A stretch of DNA of 64,000 nt from Eledone cirrhosa (Eukaryota). The stretch's first letter is position 1. The number at the start of each line of letters is the position of its first letter. The translations under genes were made by a program, and so were the position numbers. The DNA is taken from assembly GCA_964016885.1 (NCBI GenBank), contig OZ024745.1:42718001-42782000 (forward strand). Direction: 5' to 3'. This document shows, one piece after another, positions 11,901 through 24,506 of this stretch. The notes beneath the pieces are model-generated. The model did no database searches and was not told the origin of the DNA. It saw nothing but the letters and a program-made list of their open reading frames with translations.

Positions 11901-12212
11901 AGCAGACTGGCCAGTCAGTTTCTTGTATACAAGCAATAAATGGCCGGCTTTGACAAATTCAAATAAAAAGGAAATTTTCGCTCTACATGGCTGAATACAA
12001 TAAATGTAATCTGAGATTTTTAATATTAATAATAATGTTTGATTCGTTTGCAATTATGCAAACAAGCCTCAATTTTATAGCCATGTTTGCATAATTTTAT
12101 AGCTTGTTTGCATAATTGCATACGAATCGAATGTTATTATTAATATTCGAAAAACTCAGATTACATTTGTTGTATTCATCCATGTAGAGCGAAATTTTCT
12201 TTTTATGTATAC

Positions 12213-12381
<169 letters not shown>

Positions 12382-12483
12382 TATACATATATATATATGT
12401 GTGTATATATATATATGTGTGTGTGCGTGTGTGAGAACATACATAAAAGAAAGACTTGAATATCCAAAGATATATATATATAA

Positions 12484-12553
<70 letters not shown>

Positions 12554-14347
12554 GAGCAAGCGTGGCAGAAAAGGATGGAAAAGTGCATTAGACTCCCGGG
12601 GGATTACTTTGAAGGAGAAAACTCTTAGTGCGAAGTTTGGGTTTGAAATAAATCTTTTGTGACATCACTCCTGGAACGTTTCTGATACACCTCGTATAGT
12701 CATTCTTAGGATATTTAATTCTTTTAATGGTTTTTCAAAAATCTTTATTAGGATATAAACACAATTGTTGGTGAAATTTGAAGCACCTACTTGAAATTTC
12801 TGTTTAACCCAATATCTTCAAATTCTTTCACAATATATTAATTGATCAAAATAGTACCACCACCACCACCTCTGTGCCCTCCCTTGCATTGTTTCCTTCC
12901 TCTTCTTTCATTTATAAATTTTAAAAAAACATTCTTGCTTATCATATGAAGCCTAATTATTGTTAAAGCATGATCCAATAAGGGAGCCTCGACGTGATCC
13001 CTCGATTTGCTAATAAAAGTATCTTAATCTCTCATTTTAGATAATATAACTCTAGATTCGGTGTTATGTATCCTTTGATCAAAAGCCTAGTTGATCAAAA
13101 GCCTAGTTGATTAAGCTCAACTGTTGCAGGAAGTCTTGGAATAGCTGGTATGATGAGGAATGTTGTGCAAACAAATTCAAAGACGTAGTCTTCAATGTCT
13201 TAATAATACTAGTAATAATATTACAAAATATAAATGAGAGGCCTAATGTATCTGGCACAGTAGGTGAACCAAGAGTGCAAACAGGTTTTAATCCTCGGTT
13301 GACATTATTTCGATGCAATTATGAGGGTTGTCTGACCAATATGCTCTCATGGAATATCAGCATGAATTTCGTTAGGGGCCAAACCTCTGCAGGTACTTGA
13401 TAACACCACAACGCCAAATTTTCTCCATTCTCAAGAGAAGTCGCTACTAGTTACTTTTGAAGTCTTCCAGTTACCTGGTAGAATCTATGTAGTTATTAAT
13501 AAAAAGAATTTAAATTAATGCATGCAAGATTCCACAGCTCTAGCATTAATTGATAATAAGCCCTCTTCAAAAATGTGATCTCTCCAACCTTTTTTTTTTA
13601 TTCTATTGACATCATATTTTACGCCAAATTTTAGTATTTACTTCGCAAAAAAATTTGTTTTTGTTATTGCTGTTCTGTGGATGATGATGTTGTTCATGTT
13701 GTTGATACTGTTGTTGGTGATGGTGGAGGGCATGATGTTATTGTTGTTGATGTTATTGGTGGCGGTGTTGGTCGTGGCAGTCGTGGTGGTGGTTGGTTGT
13801 GGTAGTGGTGGTGGTGGTGGTGGTGATGGTTTTTTTACCTACGACCAAAGACATTTCAAATTTGATCATTTGTTTTCTAGACTTTGTGTATTGGAATACG
13901 TGTATTCCAATGTGGGGGGGGGGGGGCGTTCGAAATATTTGGTAGGTTACTATATACAGCAGATCGATCGTCAACGCAAAGGCTCCCTCGTTAGCTCACA
14001 GAGTAGTTAGTTTCTTTCTTCGGCCTTCTGGTTTCAAATATACCTTTCTTCTATAGCTCTATTGAATAAATACCAATAAAATACCAACCTTGATTCAGTG
14101 GACTCTTCTTCTTTCAATAGAAATCGAACTCTCTCTATTCTATCAAAACAAATCTATAATACTTGTACAATAGTTTACATTTCCTTTTGCTTTGTTTTGT
14201 TTTTATTCAAAACCGTTCTCTTCCGATATTGTATCTGTATCACGTATGTATCTATCTGTTCAATGTACGTGTGACGGCAGTGTACAAACCAGTTCACTTC
14301 AAATTTCAAAAATTCACGCTAAGTTAATTGAACCTTTTAAATACATC

Positions 14348-14634
14348 CAGGGTTGGATTTAAACCTTGTGGGTCCATGGGCACATCAGGTGGGGGGGTGG
14401 GGGCTCATACACAAGAAGTTTGAATACACAGCAAACCCTCCCAATTTTACATATTAAAGTTAGCTTGGTGCAAGTAATTGGAATTGAAAAGTTATACATA
14501 CAGGTATTAAATTCAAAAATTCTAACCATCCTAAAACTAAAAAGCCCAGCTGAGGGCAAAAATAAATTGCTACGGCCGTCGCTGGTGGGGCCCGGGGAAA
14601 TTTCCCCCTTTGCCACTCATTAAATCCGGCTCTG
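14348..14634. mobile_element. hAT-type MITE
   Basis: TIRs cagggttggattta and taaatccggctctg; 8-bp TSD aatacatc/aatacata. Confidence 0.75.
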
Positions 14635-15527
14635 AATACATATTTAGACAAACATACGTTAAAACATACATTAAAACATTAAAACAGCTCACCCATATTG
14701 TTGAGCCCGTCTCAGATTCAGCTAAGAATCATGTGTGGTCGTCTGTCTAACTGAGTTAATCATACTCAATCCAACGAGATAAACAATTATATCAACACAT
14801 CTATTTCGCTAGAATTACCGTGGAATATTAGAGAAATTCTGCTACGATTCGTTTTTAAACGATATTCATATTCCCTACCCTACTCACCAATACTTTATGC
14901 GAACATATATTTTGTCTCCAAGCAATAATTCCTCAGAACTGCGGCACCAGTGTCTGAAATAGCCACAGTATGTTTACTAAATGGACATTCTATAGCTAGT
15001 AAGTTAGTTTCTCTGTGTTGTTCATCGCTAATTTCTTTAAAGACTTTTATATTCCTTGGATTAAATAGCGATTAATCTTCGAAGAAAATATAAAGAAATC
15101 ATTATTAATGTTATTGTCGTTGTTATTATTATTGATATTATTATCAATATTAATATTATTATTAATATTAATATCATTATTATTATTATTAATATTATTA
15201 TTATTCTCATCATCATCATCCTCATCATCATCATCAACACTGTCATTAGTCAGTTCGCAATTATTTATAACGAACCAAAATCAGATGCGGAAAGAAAAAC
15301 CCCTTAGAGAGAGATTGCCTTACTAAGCGTCGGAGAGATAAATTTCTCCAGAGTGGAGATATTTGTCATATGAAACTCTTCGAACAGAAGTTTTGCGTGA
15401 TATAGTCATCAGAGCATGACTCTAGAAATACCTACATGTGTTTTAAATAAAACACCAAACAAGTCGTTGCATAAGTTGAGACGAGGAAGGAAACGAATAC
15501 AGAATAAAGAATTTTAAGAAAATATTT

Positions 15528-15630
<103 letters not shown>

Positions 15631-15776
15631 TCACACACACTCACGTACGCACACACTCACACACACACACATACTGAACCATATGCACAAGTGTACATAT
15701 AGTGACACATATATATATATCAATATATATATATATCAATATACATATATATATACATATATACATATATATATCT

Positions 15777-16094
15777 CATCATCATCAGGTCGAGCTTGCT
15801 CGGCTTTCTACGACACGTTTTCTCCATCCATCTCTGTCTCTCATAGCTTTTGCCAGTTCTTCCGCACTGCATCCAGTATCGTCCTCAAGTTGCTTGACGT
15901 ATGTCTTCTTGGGGCGACCAGCGTTTCTTGCTCCATGAGATGGACTCCATAACAACACATCATCTGCTATCTCTTCCTTGCTGCGCCAACAGTGGCCAGC
16001 AAATCTGAGTCTCTGTCCACGTATTGACCTGCTGATAGGTGGTATATTGCCATAGAGATCCTTATTTGCTGGGTGTTCCCTCCAAGACACGCTT
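15777..16094 (-). mobile_element. RTE-clade LINE, 3' end
   Basis: Translation contains VSWREHP...QRLRFAGHCWRS...GRPKKTYVKQL...RDGWRKRV and a stop, followed by a (TGA)n tail. Confidence 0.9.
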
Positions 16095-16415
16095 GCCAAA
16101 GGAAACAGTAAATGCCATCATGATGTTATATAAAAACACCCGCGCAATGGTGCGCTCACCTGATGGAGCGCTCACCTGATGGAGATACCAACTTCTTTGA
16201 CATCATTGCAGGAGTACTCCAAGGGGATACTCTTGCACCATATATTTTTATCATCTGCCTCGACTATGTATTGAGAAAATCCCTGGACGAAAATTTAGAG
16301 CTTGGTTTCACTCTCACAAAGCGAAAGTGTAGACGCCATGCTGCTCAGAAAATCACCGATGCTGACTATACGGATGATTTAGCGGTCCCTGACTACCTTA
16401 AGAATACAACATCAC
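16095..16415 (+). mobile_element. Inverted reverse-transcriptase core fragment of an RTE LINE
   Basis: [22 protein letters not shown]...[10 protein letters not shown] 16-bp duplication at 16152-16183 shifts the frame. Confidence 0.9.
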
Positions 16416-16493
16416 TATATATATATACATATATATATATATACACACACACATATATATATATATATCAATATACATATAGATCTACTTTAT

Positions 16494-16568
<75 letters not shown>

Positions 16569-16616
16569 TAATAAAATAATGAATAAACAAAGAAACCGTT
16601 CCTTATTTTAAAAAAT

Positions 16617-16758
16617 TCATCATTTTACGATCGTTTCTAGGATATATATGTGTTAGAGTTGGTATGCATATTCTATAGATCTATGTACAATATTTATACA
16701 AACTATCAGAGGGAATATACATACCTACACATATATATGCTGTCTTCAGAAATAATGA
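16617..16758 (-). ncRNA. Type I hammerhead with very long stem II, in a (TA)n-flanked element of about 250 bp
   Basis: Minus strand reads tcattattt-CTGAAGA-[about 105-nt imperfect hairpin: atatatatgtgt...acacatatatat, gtatgtatattc...gaatatgcatac]-GAAA-c-gatc-GTA-aaatgatga. Confidence 0.8.
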
Positions 16759-16808
16759 TATTTGTTTATTGAAAAAAACAAAGATTCAATACAATAGGTC
16801 TGTTTGGG

Positions 16809-16866
<58 letters not shown>

Positions 16867-18144
16867 CATGTCTATATGTATATTGATATACATGTGTATC
16901 ACAAAATGAGTTTATATATATATATATATTATGCTATACACGTGAATGTATGTTTGTGTATGCATGTGTGAGTTCTTGTCTCTATATATAAATATGTATA
17001 CGTAAATTATTTACATTTTCATATATCTGCATATACGTAAGTGTATGTGGTGGCATGAATCCATATTTGCATGTCAGCGCATGTCTGTGCATAAACCTGA
17101 ATAGTGAATGCGTATGTGTTTGTGTTTGTGCGTGTGTGTGAGTGTGTGTATGTATGTGAGCATGTGTGAACACGTGCACACGTACGTGTGAATGTGGGTG
17201 TATGTGTACATGTGTGTGCACATGTGTGTGTGCACATGTGTGTGTGCACATGTGTGTGCACATGTATGTGAATGTGCGCGCGTGTGTGTGTGTGTTTGCA
17301 TACGTGTGTGCACATTATATGAATGTGCGTGTGTGTGTGTGTTTGCACACGTGTGTGCACATGTATATGAATGTGCGCGTGTGTGTGCATACGGGCGTGG
17401 GAGCATGCGTGTACATGTGTGTATGTATGCATGTATGTATGTGTACATGTGTCGTCTATGTATAGATGTGTAAGTGCACATGTATATGTGTGGACATGTG
17501 TATGTACATGCACTTGCCACAACGCAGTTAATTAAAAACTCATTTTATCTCTTTTGCAGCTATCTAACTTTACTTCTACACTCTACATGTATTGCACCAT
17601 ATAGCTGTATTGTAAATGATAAGGAAATCCTACCCTTGATAATGAACACTGAAACCTACTACTAAATAATTGTTTCTACTTTTGGCACAAGGCCAGCAAT
17701 TACCCAGTGCATTACTGGAACACTAAAATTTAGTCTCTGCACTGAAGACTTAAACCTTTGAAATCTAGCCTAAGATATTAAAACATGAATCCAGTTTGAA
17801 TTATGAAGGGTTAAATTTAGTAAAGCTGGTTTGAATTATGACTTAAACCGAATTTAACTTACGTAGATACTAATGATATTTTGGATTGATGAAAATATAG
17901 AGGTCGTTAATAAAGACATTTATTAACATATCCTTTAATTTCTCCTCTAAGAAGATCTCTAGTGTTCTTGGTACTTGGACAGTCGTTTTCATTCACCAAA
18001 TAGAAACGAAGGCGTCAGATATACCGGAATAAACACCGCAAGGCATTTTGTCCATGAAGTAATATAAAATATCTAATGGAGTATATGTACAAATATAAAT
18101 AAAGAAGTATATATGCGCGCACTCGTCTCTGTGTGTGTGTGTGT

Positions 18145-18193
<49 letters not shown>

Positions 18194-18421
18194 CATGTGT
18201 GTGTGTGTACGTATGTGTGTATGTCTGTGTGTCTGTGTATGTGTGTGTGTTTATAAAAAAAAGCTATAGGTTTACCTTCATGCACGAACGGTGATTTGAA
18301 CCACTTAATGTAGGACAAAAATAAAACTTGATACTTTGATAATATTACATACCAGACGTATATAATATTTTGCTTATAACTTCGTTATTTTTTCCATACT
18401 TTTTACGTTTGTTTCTCTTTC

Positions 18422-18493
<72 letters not shown>

Positions 18494-18597
18494 CTACCTC
18501 TTTCTCTCCCTCTTCTTAACTAAATTCGCTGAATCAAAGGAAAAGGTCTTTATCAACTGTGCTGTCCTAATGAATAAATTCAGCAAGCATATATATA

Positions 18598-18857
18598 TGT
18601 GTGTGTGTCTGTCTGTGTGTGTGTGTGTGTGTCTGTGTGTGTGTGTGTCTGTCTGTCTCTCTTTCTGTCTGTGTGTGTGTCTGTGTGTTTGTGTGTGTGT
18701 GTCTGTGTCTGTCTCTCTGTCTGTGTGTGTGTCTGTGTGTTTGTGTGTGTGTCTGTGTCTGTCTCTCTGTCTGTGTGTGTGTCTGTGTGTTTGTGTGTGT
18801 GTCTGTGTCTGTCTCTCTGTCTGTGTGTGTGTCTGTGTGTTTGTGTCTGTGTCTGTG
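18598..18857. repeat. TG/TC-derived minisatellite (about 52-bp unit)
   Basis: The unit gtctgtgtgtttgtgtgtgtgtctgtgtctgtctctctgtctgtgtgtgt recurs. Confidence 0.75.
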
Positions 18858-18864
18858 CTTGGTG

Positions 18865-18928
<64 letters not shown>

Positions 18929-19227
18929 ATTAAAAGAAATATACATCATATACCCGGAACACGTACGTGTTCTTGATAGGTGTGTTTATATTAATTCACA
19001 AGCAGAACCTTCTTCAGGCAGAGGACAAATACAAGAGATTGGGATTATTGGACAACGTAAGATGTCAATTTGGAGTTGAAATATCAATGAATTGAAATAT
19101 TTTTGTATTTGCATGTTAACAAATGAAAGCAGTGGGCATGGACCAACTATCTGAGATAGGTTTGACACCGTTGCAGCTTAAAATACCCATAGCGAGACTT
19201 ATTTATGTTTATTATATACAAATATAA

Positions 19228-19448
19228 GGGCGGTGGATTGGCAGTATGGGTAGAGGGTCTGACACCATGCTTTGCAGCATGGAGTTACGGCTCTTTATGA
19301 GCTGAGTTCAAATTCCGCCGACGTTAACTTTGCCTTTCATCCTTACGGGGTCGATAAAATAAAGTACCAGTAATACACTGAGGTTGATTTAATCGACTTT
19401 TCATTCCCCTAAAATTGCTGGCCTTGTGCCTATATACGAAACCATTAT
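19228..19448 (+). mobile_element. tRNA-derived SINE (family S1), near full length
   Basis: A-box-like tggcagtatggg, B-box gagttcaaattcc, core ttgcctttcatccttacggggtcgataaaataaagtaccag. Many copies in the window. Confidence 0.85.
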
Positions 19449-19744
19449 ATACAAATATATTATATATGCTTTCATATACTCCTCTAATATAGTAAGCTAA
19501 GACACGCATGGACCAATAAATTATAAATATTCCCCAAAATAGAAACGCATGACTGATATCTATTTTCCCTCGGTCCACAACTCTAAATCCCTAAAGGGTT
19601 CATTCATCGCTGTGCTATAATGTTTGACCTGGAGGCTCATTAGGCCGGGATCTAACCCGGATTTATTAGCGTTAGTGGGTGTGTGTGTGTCGTTTTTGGA
19701 AAATTCACTGGATGTGTCAGTGGCTGTTGGACAGTAAGCATGTG

Positions 19745-20071
19745 GGATACTGTACCACTTACTCGTCGCATTTTTATTTCACTCATTTACCAAGTTCCCT
19801 AACTTTTCACTTGTAACTTTGTGACTTTTGATTGTTTCCAAACAATAAGATGTCGCTGAAGACTCGTTTGGGGAGCCAAGAGGACATCATGCGAATTTCA
19901 ACGACTGAGAGCCATTCCGGAAGAAGCATTCCAGACGAACGGTAGAAGGATCGCTGGGCTGTGTGTAGACAAACAAAGGGCTTACTTCAATGAGGATTAG
20001 CAATAGAACCCCACCAAAGACCTAATTTTTCCACAACCCTCTGTGAGATACTTTTTCGAAAATCCTTGTAC
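19745..20071 (+). mobile_element. Degenerate mariner transposase C-terminus and right end
   Basis: Frame-broken translation resembles CDF.LFP...RFGSQEDIM...RAIPEEAFQ...DRW.VC..KQGAYF..D*, ending in ...ccttgta. Confidence 0.7.
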
Positions 20072-20904
20072 AGTCGTAAAAATTACCTCCTTCATCATCC
20101 TGAGCCCTGAAAGATTTCGATAACATTAGTTATGTACTTGGGACTCCAATAACTTCAACTAATAGAATATCGATCCCACAAGGGAACCATTATACTATGG
20201 TTGTTCGACCTGTTAGAAATAGCAACTAAATTCCTTTTCAATGTTTTCTTAAAAAATAGACGGTATCTAGAACAAGACTGGATAATTTCATATTCTATAC
20301 ACGATGTATGAAAAGAAAGATGGGATGGCCATGCCTGGAACACTTTGATCATATGACTATTCGATTAAAGTTTACCTGGAAGCTAATCAACAACAACTAA
20401 TTGAAGCTACCTTGAAACTGGTTCATGGAAAATTATAGATTTTGTTTGATTTAACAGAAAGTCAAATTTGTTGGCAAGTTGTGAGTTATTTGGGTTGACG
20501 TGGTATAAAAGGGGCGACGGAATGTAAAAATCAGCTGGGGTTAGATTTGAACACAGCCATTTGTATGAAAGTAGAAATAGTAGTGTAGTCATTGTGCTAC
20601 TAAGCCGTTTGTAACAGTGAGGCAGGGAGCTTATTACGACTGAGACTTATACGCGAGACGCATGACATCCTTTCGGAAAGTTTATTCCAGAAATTATTCG
20701 AGTCAGTTCCAATTATTTCATGGTCCGTTTGCACTAAATTAACCTAAAACATAAACTGAAATTAGGGTGAATACTTAATTTAAACTGTGAAAATAAGATA
20801 AAATAGTATTGAGAGTCAAAAAAACATAATTGCTATATTAATAGCAACCACCTCTTCCTTCCTCTCACTCGATAGATATGCGCGGGTGCGTTTGTGTGAG
20901 TATC

Positions 20905-21190
20905 GGTGAGGTAGATGGCTTAGTGGTTAGGGAGTTCTGCTCACAATCGTAAGGTTGTGAGTTCGATTCACGGCGGTGCGAGCTGTCATCGAACATGATA
21001 CTTTATTTCACGGTGCTGCAGTCCACTCTGTTGGCAACAATGAGTTGTACTTTTCAATTCGAGGGGCCGGCCTTCTCACACACCATGACACGCTGACTCT
21101 CCCTGAGAACTATATGTGCAATGCTAAGCAACTTGTACGTTAATTTTATAAGCATTTCCGTTTTTCAACAACTGGAATACAAATGACAAA
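20905..21190 (+). mobile_element. tRNA-derived SINE, family S2
   Basis: A box tggcttagtggttag and B box gagttcgattc. The 3' part is homologous to 35575-35945 and to 50010-50330 (minus). Confidence 0.75.
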
Positions 21191-21379
21191 GATCCCAAAA
21201 CAATAAAATATATACTATCAGTCAGGAAACCTCAAAGAATGTCGGGGGCGACCGTTCTAATTCCAGCATGAACCTCACTGAGGCATAAATAGGTTCCCTG
21301 TGACATTCTCCGAGGTTCCCTCCAGCCCCCTTAACGATAGATGATACATCCGAAATATACATGTATACATTGTCCCGTA

Positions 21380-21830
21380 ACTCCTGAGGATGTCGTAGGG
21401 GCGCCGTATTGACATACGGCGTTTCTAGAGCATTTTAAAGCCTGGCGGAGCCCATCTCCTCTCACCGTTGAATACAGCCGATTCAGACAGGCTGAATGTC
21501 CTACATCGTGGAGAAAGATTATGAAGTATGAATGTGATGTCTTTGAGAAAAAGCGAGTAGAGCATGCTGTTTTGAAGCGTTCACTTCGTAAGCAGGGACT
21601 CAAGTGTAATGCCTGCAAAAGTTCAGCAAGAACTGATGTGCAATGTATGTGGCTGATTTCTTCTAACAAGAGCTGGATTTGTCAACCATCTGAAATCACA
21701 GTAAGAGATCGAGCACCTGGTTCTACCGCCGCACACTCCACGGTATATTTGCAGTGAGTGTGGCTTAATTTGCAAGTCAACTGCTGGGCAAACAAGACAT
21801 GGTAGAATGCATGAAGACACACTCCAGTTG
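21380..21830 (+). mobile_element. Degenerate RTE-like LINE C-terminal fragment with C2H2-like fingers
   Basis: SWRKIMKYECDVFEKKRVEHAVLKRSLRK; CNVCG*FLLTRAGFVNHLKS; CGLICKSTAGQTRHGRMH. Confidence 0.6.
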
Positions 21831-22013
21831 GTATTGCCAGGAGACAGACAGTTCAGGTGTCACATCTGTGAGCGGGCATGCAGAACAAAAGCGGGTCTGA
21901 CAAGTTACCTGCATGCACATGATCGTGCAATGTTCAATGAAGGGATGGCACTCTTCTGACACGAAGTAGCAATCAGCATGTACGTTCATGACACACACGT
22001 TCATCTTCCAACC

Positions 22014-22070
<57 letters not shown>

Positions 22071-22153
22071 AAACGTACTTGCACAAACTTACATATATTA
22101 CACATTCACATTCCATCTCTTTCTCTCTCTCTCTCCCTCACTCTCATTCTCCC

Positions 22154-22216
<63 letters not shown>

Positions 22217-22559
22217 CGTTTTCCCAGTCATACAATCAGTCAGTCAGTCAGCAGTCAGTCAGATAGATTGTCATTTTGAGTGTCAGGTTAAAAATCAAAG
22301 AATCAAAAAACAGCAGCGTTCGGTTCGGTTTACCGAAGCATTCGCAACGGGCTTTGTTGACTGGATATTGGCCGGAAACAACAAGAATGTTAGTGACCCT
22401 GAAACATTTATGACGTCATTGTCTTTGACAACAATGTACAGCAAGGAAGCTAATTTGCGCCATCTTGACAGTTGTCGTTAAATATGAGAGTAACATTTTT
22501 CACCAAACATTGAAATATGTTTTCAATTTCATATAGTTTGTTTGTCTCTTGCTTGGGTA

Positions 22560-22727
<168 letters not shown>

Positions 22728-22736
22728 TATATACAC

Positions 22737-22768
<32 letters not shown>

Positions 22769-22771
<3 letters not shown>

Positions 22772-22900
22772 GGAACGAGTAGGACCCCGACGGCTGAGCT
22801 CAAGCCGTTTCGACGCCTAATTCTGGACTAAAAAGTTTTAGTCCAGAATTAGCCGTCGAAACAGCTTGAGCTCAGCCGTCGGGGTCCTACTCGTTCCTAT
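22769..22900. repeat. Near-perfect hairpin with about 65-bp arms, inside a (TA)n-flanked element
   Basis: ataggaacgagtaggaccccgacgg...ctaaaa pairs with ttttag...ccgtcggggtcctactcgttcctat, with two mismatches. Confidence 0.9.
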
Positions 22901-22973
22901 TACCCACTCTACTACCCTAAGTATTGAGTACTTTGGTGCGTTATGGTCCACCTGGTTCCTTACCACATTTCCT

Positions 22974-23040
<67 letters not shown>

Positions 23041-23339
23041 ACATATATATATATCTATGTGTGTGTGTTTGTGTGATTGTGTTTGTGTGTGAGCGTGTGA
23101 GTCCGTGTGTTTGTGTGAGCGTATGTATGCATGTATACGTGTACGTGTGTGAGAGTGAGTGTGTGTGTGCGCGTTTTTTTTTGTGTGTAAGTGTGAGTGT
23201 GTCTGTGTGATGTAGTGAGTGTGTCATTGTGAACGAATATATGAACGTGTTTCTTATAGTATTTGTCAAATTGCTGTGCAAGTCTCTCTCTCTCTCACTC
23301 TCTCTCTCTCTCTCACTCTATCTCCCACTCTCTCTCTCT

Positions 23340-23425
<86 letters not shown>

Positions 23426-23971
23426 ATAGTTACTGCAATTGTAGCCGAGGTGATGCTGTACCTACATGTCAAGATGATTGCAATGAAATTAATTGTGAAG
23501 ATATTGCTAAAGTTCTTCTTCTTCTTCTTCTTCTTCTTCTTCTTCTTCTTCTTCTTCTTTCGTCATCTTAACCTTCTTCTTCATCGTCTTCTTCTTGTCA
23601 CTATTACCAACTGATGGTATATTAAATCCTATTTTAACATTACTCGACAAGTGCTGCACTTGAAACCTTTCAGTTGCAGTATTGTTTGTCTAATATGAAG
23701 TAAATAAGTTGAACAATGTGTCAAACGAGAAGAGATCGTGCCTTCTGTACTAGCATAGATTAGATCCTCAGAATAACAAAGACATTCTATGTTGTTGAAT
23801 CCCAAAAAACTGATAACACTTTCAATCCTCTGATCTTTTCTAGTTCAGTCTCCGGGAAGATATATTTAATAGGAGAGATCAACCATTATTAACAACTTGT
23901 CAATACATTTTTAATAATCACACTGTTTAAAATAACATGCAAACATATTTCTTTTTATTTAATCATAAACG

Positions 23972-24014
<43 letters not shown>

Positions 24015-24099
24015 GAAAAATTGAACAGGGACAGAACAGAGAGGCAGTACGATAAATGTTTATTAAATTCACGCTCAGGAGAGTGGGGGGTAGGTGGGG

Positions 24100-24131
24100 G
24101 ACGACGTTTCGGGCATAAGCCCTTCTTCAGG
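24100..24131 (-). ncRNA. Penelope-type hammerhead core in a (TA)n-flanked fragment (about 24013-24460)
   Basis: Minus strand reads c-CTGAAGA-a-gggc-ttat-gccc-GAAA-c-gtc-GTC, followed by aataaa and then (TA)n. Stem I is not evident. Confidence 0.6.
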
Positions 24132-24458
24132 TGAGAAGTGTGTGGGAACAGAGTTCAAAAGGTGTGTAGGGGAGTGGTGGAGAGACATATAGCGAAAGGA
24201 AACGGTGCGAATGAAAAATTAACAAATAAAGACAAAAAATATAATATACGGAAAAAAAAGGGGTACGGTAACAAAATCAAACAGAGGTAATGCGTGGAAG
24301 GAAAGACAAAGGTGGGAAGGTGTGTAAAGTTCGGAGAAAGGTCACGGCGGATTAGATCGGGGTTGAGCCGGTTGTTAAGTTAAGTTCCAAGGGAGAGAGA
24401 GAGAGGGGGGTGGAGAGAGAGATAATATAGATTATCGGGCCCTCTTCATAATTATTAT

Positions 24459-24506
<48 letters not shown>

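Larger units (their letters stand above)
11545..12204. mobile_element. Hammerhead-containing element, family 2: 436-bp period partial tandem followed by an inversion
   Basis: 11565-11650 recurs at 12001-12085. About 12102-12204 is the reverse complement of about 11966-12067. Flanked by TA-rich repeats. Confidence 0.75.

Noticed and set aside
19228-21000. tRNA genes suggested by A and B boxes
   Set aside because: No cloverleaf; the boxes are heads of multi-copy SINEs.
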